From Mantamonas sphyraenae STR306 (taxonomy: Eukaryota > Protista > CRuMs), in contig JAPMXV010000051.1 in NCBI GenBank assembly GCA_026936335.1, positions 124,001 to 188,000 on the forward strand: a DNA stretch of 64,000 bases, written 5' to 3'. Below the pieces are notes generated by a model, which saw only the letters and a list, made by a program, of their open reading frames with translations, made no database searches and had not been told where the DNA came from. Shown here in pieces: positions 55,144 through 64,000 of the stretch. Positions within the stretch are counted from its first letter, which is position 1, and the number at the start of each line of letters is the position of its first letter. The translations under genes and the position numbers were made by a program.

Positions 55144-57342
55144 TCACCTCACCGCAGTGCTGTCCATCACTGCCAGACACTCGTCCAACACTTCCACAGG
55201 CATGTCCCGTTCCTTGTGCTCCACGTGATCCACTGCACGTGCGACAAAGGCGCGCAGCAGGGCTGTGTGTTCGTCCACCGTGGTCGTCGCCTCCATCCAT
55301 CGGGCCACCACACACTTGTTCTTCAGCATGAGCACACACACTCGCATCTCCTCTATCCTTGCCTCTTGTGCATCTTTATCCTGTGTCGACCCCTGTGTGG
55401 TGTCGAGGAAGCCATCATCGTCGTCGTGGGCACCCGCGTCTTCCTCCTCCTCATCGTGCTCCAGACATGCTCGCTTGCGGGCATTGTACGCCTCCAGGGT
55501 GGTGTTCCAGTCGCCAAAGTGCTGTTGCACCCACCATGGGTCGTCTGCGTATGTTTCCATGCTCTCCATGCGCTCATGGTGGTAGGTTGCGTTGAAGAGC
55601 AAGCGAGCCAGGCATTCCCACAGCATGGCTTTGTGCGGTCTGAATTCCAGCTGTCGCGCAAGGGCGTCTGCAAACATGGCGTTGTCCACCACACCGCGTG
55701 TGTGCAGGGTGGCCAGTCGTTGCAGGGCCAGGGTGGACGATGGGTCGCAGGAGAGCCAAGCAAGCACGCAATCACGTCGCTCCTGGGCAAGGGCGGCAAA
55801 GTTGGGCCGTTGCAACACGTCGCTGTACAGTCGGTGCATCACCGGATTCTTCCAGTTGAGTTGGGTGAACCAGCGCAGCACCACACGCATCTCTTCGTAC
55901 TCGCCTTGCAACTGCAACACTTTGCACAGGTACACCAGGAAACAGTCGTTGTGTGGATCCAGACCCAACGAACTGCGCAGGTGTACCAATGCCTGTTTGG
56001 CAAGTGTCTTGGCATGCGACGTCATCTTGCCCCCGTTCGCTGCGTCCTCCTCGTCGTAGTCGTCGTCGTTGTCCTCCCCGTCCTCATCGCTCACCACCTC
56101 TGCCTCTCTGCCTCCCCTCTGCCTCCCCTGCTTGCCTCCTCCACGCCGCAATCGTGCCTTCCCCTCCTCCTCCTCCTCCTCCTCCTCCTCTCCATCGCCA
56201 CTCTGTGTGATCACTGCCCTGTTCAGACTGCCACTGCGTCGTCGAGTCGCCACCGCCCCGTCGCCACCCGTCACGTTCAGCAACACCCGCTGTGTGCGAG
56301 ATCGCATCGCACGCACACTGCTTCCAGACGCTGCTGCTGCATCCAGCACTGCCACTGCCTTGTGCTTGCCCATCCCACCTTGTCTCTTCTGCCCCTGTCC
56401 CTGCTCCTCCTGTTCCTCCAGTTCCTCGTCATCATCCTCTTCGTCCTCGTCGCCGCCGCCGCCGCTGCTGCTGCTGCTGCTGCTGCTGGCATCGTCGTCG
56501 TCGTCCATGTCGTCAATCGAGTACTGTCGTGCTCGCATGCGCTTCAATGCACTCTTGGGTGTCAATGACTGTTGGAATTGAGCCTCGATGCTGTGCATGG
56601 AGGCAACGGCGGTGGATGGGGTGCTGGGTGCGCCCGAGGCGGACTGGCTGCTGGCTGTTCGCTGCTGCTGCGCCGCACGGGCACTCCTGTCCAGCTCCTC
56701 CATCAACAGACGAAGCTGCAGCATGCCACAGTACCCTTGCATCAGCGCGTTGTTTTTGAATTTGGACGACGATAGCAGGTGTTTGTGGAGAAAGTCGTAC
56801 GCCTGCTGAAAGTTGCCCAGCCGCATCGACGAGTACGTCAGTTCAAACAGACACGGCATGTACAGTTGCTTGAACTTCATCAATCGTTTGTAGAACCGAG
56901 TGTGTCGCGTGTGCACCTCATTTGTCGTCCGCAACACCTCTACACATGCGGCAAAGGCCATCCGTGCATCGCCCCCCAGCTTCATGAACCCCACCAGCTG
57001 TTCACACGCCCTCCGATAATCTTGTCGTTGCAAACTCTTCATCATGTTCTCAAACGCATTCGAACGCAACCTCCCACGGATGGTATAGTTGCCCTGTGCC
57101 GTCGTCTGGTCCAGGTACCCTCGCACCAACGCCGTCGCTCTGCTTTCCTCCGCCTCTCTTTGCCCTTCCACGTCCATCTGGCTCCAAACATTGTTGTAGA
57201 CCTCCTGTGCCATCGTGTTCATGCCATCCATCTCGTGTTGTTCAATGCCACCACCACCACCACCACCGCTGCTGCTGCTGCTGCTGCTGCTGCAGCTCGC
57301 TGGCTCCTCCTCCACACCCCACTGCCACGCCAGACGATCCAT
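55144..57342 (-). CDS. TAF1A/Rrn11-like helical-repeat protein (RNA Pol I initiation factor candidate)
   Basis: GYCGMLQ, FLVYLCKVLQLQGEYEEMRVVL..NPVMHRLY and LWECLA resemble TAF1A as I recall it; large acidic insert. Start at ATG 57342 is uncertain. Confidence 0.5.
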   Translation of the reverse strand: MDRLAWQWGVEEEPASCSSSSSSSSGGGGGGGIEQHEMDGMNTMAQEVYNNVWSQMDVEGQREAEESRATALVRGYLDQTTAQGNYTIRGRLRSNAFENMMKSLQRQDYRRACEQLVGFMKLGGDARMAFAACVEVLRTTNEVHTRHTRFYKRLMKFKQLYMPCLFELTYSSMRLGNFQQAYDFLHKHLLSSSKFKNNALMQGYCGMLQLRLLMEELDRSARAAQQQRTASSQSASGAPSTPSTAVASMHSIEAQFQQSLTPKSALKRMRARQYSIDDMDDDDDASSSSSSSSGGGGDEDEEDDDEELEEQEEQGQGQKRQGGMGKHKAVAVLDAAAASGSSVRAMRSRTQRVLLNVTGGDGAVATRRRSGSLNRAVITQSGDGEEEEEEEEEGKARLRRGGGKQGRQRGGREAEVVSDEDGEDNDDDYDEEDAANGGKMTSHAKTLAKQALVHLRSSLGLDPHNDCFLVYLCKVLQLQGEYEEMRVVLRWFTQLNWKNPVMHRLYSDVLQRPNFAALAQERRDCVLAWLSCDPSSTLALQRLATLHTRGVVDNAMFADALARQLEFRPHKAMLWECLARLLFNATYHHERMESMETYADDPWWVQQHFGDWNTTLEAYNARKRACLEHDEEEEDAGAHDDDDGFLDTTQGSTQDKDAQEARIEEMRVCVLMLKNKCVVARWMEATTTVDEHTALLRAFVARAVDHVEHKERDMPVEVLDECLAVMDSTAVR

Positions 57343-57465
57343 GGTCAATCCTCCCCCCACTCGAACCAATGATAATCCTGACTCCACTTGCGCACTTGTG
57401 CACTCGTGCAGTTGGATTCCCATTCCCCCCCCCCCCGGCTAACCCAACCAAAAACCCACGCAACG

Positions 57466-58958
57466 ATGCGTTCGCGCAGTCTCCTTCGAAGAGGTTTGAC
57501 CCATTGCAATGGAAACGGTTCCACCCAAATAGCATCGTCGTCGTGTCGTGGAAGCAACAGCCGTGTGTGTTTGTCATCGTCGTCATCCTGGTCTGGGATG
57601 TCGTCAACAACAACGCGCCATCCAACAACAACGACGACGGACATCCGCGGACTTTCCACCTCTGCACAGGCGGCCACAGTGACGCAATGGGGTGCGAGTC
57701 ACACAGCAGCGGCGTGCAGGAACGAGTCAAGGACAACACAGGTGGGATTGCATGTGTGTGGGAGCCGTGGAGGGCTGGGTGGCCCCGTGGCAGGGTCTGC
57801 AGGCGTGCTTTCGCGCTGCTCGTTTGCGGCAATGCCGAAAGAGGACCTGCTTTCCTTCTACGACACACGCGTGGAGCAACACGCACGGATCCCGCGGCGC
57901 AAACAGAGCATGCGTCAACTGGTGGAGTTTGGGCGGAATGTGAACGAGAGCAAACTGCTCCAGAGTGCCCAGTACGTGCATGCCGAGCTTCCGAACCGGC
58001 TTGCGCGTCGCCTGGTCGAACTGCGCACGTTGCCATACATCGTGGTGCGCAACCCACACATCTTTCAGGTCTACGAGCTGTACAAGGAGGCCTTTGAGCT
58101 GCTCCTTTCCTTCCCGCCCATCGAAACCCAGGCGCAGGAGCAAGAGTTTACGCGCCTGCTGAAACGCCTCGTCAGCGACACCACCTCGGTGGTCGAGTTG
58201 CTGAGCAAAGGCACACAGGAGATTCGCTCGCGAATGGGCAACACACGCGAGCTGATGGACAGCTTCCTGCGCAACATGCTGCGCGGACGCATCGGACGGC
58301 GTGTGCTTGCGGAACAGCACATCATGCTGCGCGAGCAATTCCAGGCCAGGCAGTCGGGACTTGAGGTGGACGAGAGCATGGTGGGGGTCATTGACACGGA
58401 GTGCAGCGTGTATCGCAGTGTCATCAACGCCGTGCGGGACTGCGACAGCATCTGTAGGATGAACTTTGGCAAGGCACCGGCCGTCAATGTCCAGGGCGAC
58501 ATCGAGGAGACACTCATGTATGTGCCCTTTCATCTTGAGTTTGTGCTGCGTGAGCTCATCAAGAATTCCATGAGGGCGGTGGTGAAGAAGCACACATGAT
58601 GGGCACCCTGCCGCCGGTGGAAATCACCATTGCACGCGGCACCAACGACACCTTTATTCGCATCAGCGACCAGGGAGGAGGCGTCACACGCGCCCAACAG
58701 ATGCGCATCCTGGAGTTTGGATTCACCACCACCTCTGCGGAGGAGGACATTCCGCAAACCTCGGCCGTGGGATCCCTGGGCAACACAGACGCCGTCCAGT
58801 CGCCCATGAGTGGCCTCGGCTTTGGTGTGCCCTTGGGTCTCCTTTACGCCGAACACTACGGAGGGGACGTCCAGCTCATCCCCATGGAGGGCTACGGCAT
58901 GGACACCCTGCTGCGCATGGATCACAGCGGCGACCACATGGAAGCCACCGAATTTTGA
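57466..58958 (+). CDS. Mitochondrial alpha-ketoacid dehydrogenase kinase (BCKDK/PDK family); frameshift at ~58594-58598
   Basis: R/S/T-rich presequence; ELPNRLARR, LPYIVVRNPHI, RIGRRVLAEQH, ELIKNSMRA, ISDQGGG, FGFTT, SGLGFGVPLG..YAEHYGG, MEGYGMD. ORFs 57388..58599 and 58596..58958 are two halves of one GHKL kinase. Confidence 0.88.
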
Positions 58959-59103
58959 GCCATGCACACCCAGGCACGCGGTCAAGTCAAAAGGGTGAGG
59001 CAAACACAAGATGGGAATGGAACCAAAAGAAAAGACAAATTGGATGCTGTGTGTGCGTGTGCGTGTGTGTCGCCAGCTCAAACTTTGTTCCAATCTTGTG
59101 TCC

Positions 59104-60283
59104 ATGGTCGTCGACGAGACGACCCTCAAGGTGGTTGTCTGTGTCAGCGGCGTGTTGTCCATTCTTGGCACCAGCCTCATTGTGGCCAGCTACGTGGTGT
59201 GGCCCGAGACAAGAAGCAAGTGGGTTTTTGCGAGGAAGCAGATTGCCCCTCTTCTGCGTTTGCAGAAAAAGCCCACCGGCAGTGCCATCCACTGACACAA
59301 ACCACGCTCCCTCCCACGTACACACACATACACCCACATTGCGTGCATGCACACGTGCACCTGCTGCACCTGCTGTGCCCAGGGCACGATACCTTTTGTG
59401 TTGCCTGAGCGTGGTTGATTTCGTCACCGCCCTGGGCAACATCCTCGGGGCAGTGTTGGACACAACCACCCCGTGGGTTTGTACATTCCAATCCTTCATG
59501 ACGACCAGCAGTTCGATGATGTCCTTCTTCTACACGGTGGGGATCGCCCTCTACATGTTCCGCAGCGTCTCCACACCCAGCTACGGCAACCTCAACGAGA
59601 TGCCCGCGCACAAAACCATCCAACGCAGCACGTACAACAGCATGGGACCCACAGACGATGGATCGGGAGGGGAGGATGGCCGTGATGAGTCGTCCAGCAG
59701 CTCGGTGACCGTGCCCGGGTTCTCCTCACCCCTCATGAACGCAGTGTGCATCGGGGTACCCTTGGGAATCACCACATTGGCCCTGCTGTTTGGCATGTTG
59801 GGCCAGGACACACGCATCACCGGCGGCTGGTGTTGGATTCGAGGCGAAGGTGGCAACGCCCTGTTTTGGGAGCTGTTTGCTGGCAAGTTCTGGGAGCTGG
59901 GCAGCTATCTGGCCACCTGTGTCATCTACTTTGTCATTCGCAAGACATTGCGTTCGCTGTTGCTGGATGTGAACCAGCATGTGGTGTCGCCGGCCACCAT
60001 CAGTGCAGTCACCAGTGCAGAGGTCAAGATGCTGGCCATTCCTTGCCTCTTCATCCTCGTGCGCATCTGGGGAACCATCCGATGGTTCATTGCCGTGGGC
60101 AATCTGCCCGAATCGCCCTTCCTCACCTATCTGCAGGGCTGGGGCGACTCTGCACAAGGCGCTGCCAACGCCCTCCTCTTTGTGTTTTTCACCCCTCGCA
60201 TACGCAGACTGTATTTCAATGCCATTGCCACCCACTGTCTGCCCCAATCACGTGGCGCTGGCGGCTTTCGTGCGCTGGCGTGA
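59104..60283 (+). CDS. cAMP-receptor-like 7TM GPCR (GPR157/GCR1 group); exons 59104-59219 and 59383-60283
   Basis: SGVLSILGTSLIVASYVVWPETRSKARYLLCCLSVVDF, CTFQSF, WCWI, GKFWE, IPCLFILVRIWGTIR, GDSAQGAANALLF; intron 59220-59382. Confidence 0.85.
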
Positions 60284-60304
60284 CCAGCAGGGGACGGGAA
60301 AACC

Positions 60305-60358
60305 ATGGGCAAAAGTGCAAAGGCCAAAGCCAAACGCAAAGCAAAGCGCAAGGAGGCC

Positions 60359-60391
<33 letters not shown>

Positions 60392-62051
60392 CCATCGACC
60401 ATCAATGAACACCAACAGGGTGCCTCGTCATCCACCATCACTACGTCGTCGTCGTCGTCGTCGTCTCCTGCTGCCCCCTACGCCGTGTTGGAAGCTGCCT
60501 TTCACGCCGAGTACGTTGCAGCGCTGACACGCCTGATGGAGCTGGCGTATGACCCGCAAACGTCGTACGCCAAAGTGTTTGTGGCTGTGGAGGAGCTCAA
60601 GGCCTTTGAGGAGGAGTCGAAAGAGCAGCAGGAACGGTACGGAGAGGAGGCAGCAACAAACGACAACAACAACCTGGAGCGCTTTGTCGCTTGGATGAAA
60701 CAGTGCAACCTTGGCATGCAAGATGGCCTGCGTGTCGATGTAGGATTGAACGAAGGCAATGGCATTGTGGCCACCAGGGATATCGAGGTAGGTTGTGGAA
60801 AGCGGGGGGGGGAAGATGATGAAGGTCGATTCCTCACTCGCTCACTCTTCTTTAAACACCCTCCCCCCTTTTCAACCAACCCACACCACACACCTGTCAC
60901 AGGAGGGAGAGATGCTGTTTCGCATTGCACGCAAGCACATGCTGTGCACAGAGGATGCATTGCAGGACAAGGTGCTAGGGCCGTTGCTTATGACAAAGCT
61001 GGGCTCCAGTTTGCTCCAAGTGCCCACACTTCTGCTTGCGTTGCAACTGATGATGCACGAGGAAATGGGCGACGAATCCCCGTTTGGTGCATTCATTGGC
61101 ATTGTGCCACGAGTGTACACGACGCCGTTGTACTGGGCGGCGGCCGATTTTGCGCACTTTGCCGGGTCGCCTGCACATTACGACTTGGTGCAGTACCACC
61201 GTTCCATGTGCCAAAAGTATGCGTTTCTGGTGCGTTTGAACGACAGCTCGCCTGTGTTGAAGCAGCCGCTGACGTGGCACCGCTTCAGGTGGGCGCTGAG
61301 TGCGGTGACGTCGCGTGGCAATGTCGTGCCCGGGTGCACACGGGCCACGCAGGACACGCAACAGTTGGCCCTCATTCCCGGGTGGGACATGCTTAACCAC
61401 GAGTTTGGCACGGCCAACACCCACTTTGACGTGGAAGGGCGTGTGTTGGAATGTTGGGCAAACAGACCCTACTCCCAGGGCGACCAGGTGTACATGCACT
61501 ACGGTGACAGGGACAACACCCAACTGCTCATCAATGCCGGCTTTGTGTTGCCTCACAACCCGTTCTCAGGCGTCGCCGTCAAGCTGCCTCCCGTCGACAC
61601 GCAAGATCCGCTGCTGCGCCTCAAGATCACCTGGTTGCGTGACATGCCCCAGGATCTTGTCGCCAGTGTCCACGAGAGCACTGCGGTGGAGCACCTGGCG
61701 TCTGTTTGGGCCTATGCACGTCTCTGGGCCATGGATCAGGATTGCACCGACGTTGCCCTGGACGCCCTGGACGCAAACTCGTTCAACACACGCCTGAGCA
61801 AGGCAAACGACGACAAGGCCTTTCAGGTCATTTGCGACGCATGTGACAAGCGTCGTGCCACGTACAGCACCTCGTTGGACAAGGATGTGGCGCTTGCGGC
61901 GGACGACGACGCCGCTGACAGTGACAGTGAGACGCGATTGTCGCCTGCACATCGCCTCGCCCTCACCCTCCTCATCCAAGAGAAGAAACTGATTGACAAG
62001 TTGGTCGAGTTGGCCGCAGAAGAGTTTCAGGCGTCATCCTCATCGTCATGA
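60305..62051 (+). CDS. SETD3/LSMT-family SET-domain methyltransferase; exons 60305-60787 and 60903-62051
   Basis: GNGIVATRDIE|EGEMLF, TPLYW, FRWALSAVTSR, LIPGWDMLNH, QVYMHYG..NTQLLINAGFV, C-terminal Rubisco-substrate-binding-like region; intron 60788-60902. Confidence 0.85.
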
Positions 62052-62164
62052 GGCAAAGCCAGAGACAGGAACGCGCAGGACTCTGCACAGACGAGGCAGG
62101 TGGAAGAAGATGTGAAAGCAAGGGTGAGAAGGCTGCTTGATGCTCACAATGGTTAGACGACATT

Positions 62165-63947
62165 TTAATCGTTCTTCTTTGCTTCGTCATCCTTGGGTTC
62201 TGTCTCTTGTTCTTCCTCTTCCTCTGCACCCTTGTCGTCTCCTTCCTTGTCGTCGTCGTCGTTGCTGCTGCTGCTGCTACTGCTGCTGCTGCCGTCGTCG
62301 GCCTTGCTGCTTGAGGCGAGTTTCTTTGTGGTGTCGTCGCCGTCAGCCTCGTCCTCGGGAACAAAGCCATCTTCGGTGCGCTTGGGGTCGACACGGTAGA
62401 TGTAGCGCTGGATCATGTACACAATAAAGACGAGGTCGTCGCGGAAGCAACTGAGGCGATGCATGGTGGGCATGGTGATGATAAAGGCAAAGAGATCGTC
62501 GATAAAGGTGTTGAGGGCCTTGTACACAAAGGTACGCCAGGGCAGATGGGCCACGCTCTTGAGCTTGTAGTTGATAAACAGCTGGGGACACATCATGATG
62601 AAGCCAAAGGTGTACACGGCACCCGTGAGAGTACCCAACACATACGAGTACCACGACTTGTGGGTTTCGTAGTACAGCGAGTACACGGCGTAGCCCAGGA
62701 GCAAGGGCACCAGCGCCCACGAGAGGTACTTCATGGCCATCTCGTCATACTCCTTGGTTTTGGACACGTACGAGTCGCGATCCTCAAAGGTGACCCACGG
62801 GAAGCTGCCGTTGCGGTCGACCTTGACAATCACGGCCTTGTTGATCTTCCAGCACTCGATGAGACAGCCGATGCCCGCGCTGATGAGAATCATGAAGGAG
62901 GTGTCGTTGTCCAACAGGTACAGGAAGATGATGATCTGGGAGCCTGCGTTGATGAAGAGCGAACGGATGCTCAGGCCCTCCATGTTCTTTGCGTTCTTCC
63001 AGAACTGGATGTCGTTCTTGAAGGCCAGAAAGTCAAACACCATGTGGAGAATGGAAACGACAAAGGTGACACCCAACAAATACGGATTGGTTTCCAGCAG
63101 CATGCGCTTGAACTCATCCTTGTCGCCCTCGCTGCTGGAGCCAAACTGCTCCTGCATCTCAAAGGACTGGTCCATCTGCACCATCATGGTCCACTTGATC
63201 AGTCCAATGGGCGAGTACTCCATGTGGAGGGGCAGTTCGTCCAGCGTGTCGTTGACCGGATACAGGTGGTTGCGCAGCGTCCAAAAGTCGTTGAAGAACA
63301 CAATGGGGCAGAAGCGTCCCTGCGCATCCATATCCATGTGCTCTCCAATCTGCTGGGGAATACGGCCCATGGGATAGGCACTAAAATCTTCCACCACCTG
63401 CACCGTCATGTTGGGATTCCAGTAGGAAATCAACACCTCCTCCCCCTTGGCCGCCTTGCGTGTGTCCAACACCTCCTCCTCCTTGCCCGTCAGCAGGTTC
63501 TTTTGCATCGTCACTCGCGGTTTCTTCAGATACACGTTGAGTCGCTTGCGACGGTAGCAGCTCGCGGACGGATGATACGACGGCGACGACGGATCCGGCG
63601 AGAACCCGTGCTGTGTGATGTACGCGTGTGCATACAGACTGCCGTTGTTTTGAACATTCTGTGTGTGTGTGTGTGTGCGACGGGGTTACCACGTACCGTG
63701 GCGTAGGAGTGTAGGAGTGAGTGATTCTGGCGGCGTGCATGTTTTCGGTCCCCGGGCCTCCCTTCTCCCTCTCTCTCGTGCACCACACCTGTGCACCTAC
63801 CTGGGAAATGGGCACGCGGATGTCCTTGCTGCGTTCGTACTCCTCGCCCCATGCGCCGTACACAATGTCCTGCTCCTGCCACACCAGGGCTTGGTTGTTG
63901 GCAAAATCCTCAAAGAGTGGATCCTCCGACACATACACTTGCAGTTT
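62165..63947 (-). CDS. CLPTM1: CLPTM1-family membrane protein, 5'-partial; exons 63947-63801 and 63658-62165
   Basis: VQNNGSLYAH, KNLLTG, ETNPYLL, FDFLAFKNDIQFWK, PQLFINYKLKSVAHLPW, YKALNTFIDDLFAF, QRYIYRVDPKR; intron 63659-63800; upstream exons lie beyond the window. Confidence 0.92.
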
Positions 63948-64000
63948 CTGTGTGTGTGCGTGTGTGTGTGCGTGTGTGTGTGTGTATGCGCATGGGGTTC

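Noticed and set aside
1-64000. Alternative genetic code with UGA as a sense codon; tRNA, rRNA or transposon features
   Set aside because: Many genes end in TGA at the expected C-terminus and Trp is encoded by TGG. No RNA-gene, transposase, reverse-transcriptase or terminal-repeat signatures were recognised by eye.

Overview
Very gene-dense eukaryotic DNA (short GT-AG introns, CA/GT microsatellites). An NPHP1-like gene points to a flagellated protist (inference; organism not identified). About 18 protein-coding genes can be reconstructed, with gaps of only about 20-190 bp between them. The left 19.5 kb is one giant NLR-like gene on the minus strand: CHAT caspase-like protease, NB-ARC/STAND NTPase, about 117 near-identical 129-bp (43-aa) TPR repeats with a few hypervariable positions and higher-order duplications, three 213-bp acidic repeats, and a C-terminal hydrophobic helix. 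It is followed immediately by a second STAND-like NTPase ORF that the ORF track missed because it runs off the left edge. The remaining genes are: HLTF/Rad5, a membrane cyclic-nucleotide PDE, a Na+/H+ exchanger with a His-rich tail, a TKL kinase, two paralogous FG-GAP/IPT/Cys-rich multipass receptors ending in SH3, a head-to-head glutaminase and ammonium-transporter pair sharing the same type of ankyrin module (the Amt has lost its second pore His), NPHP1, a CAMKK-like kinase, a coiled-coil protein, TAF1A-like, BCKDK/PDK-like, a GPR157-like GPCR, SETD3-like and a partial CLPTM1. Several 1-2 nt frameshifts inside conserved genes suggest residual long-read indel errors. All family calls come from motif recognition by eye, not database searches.
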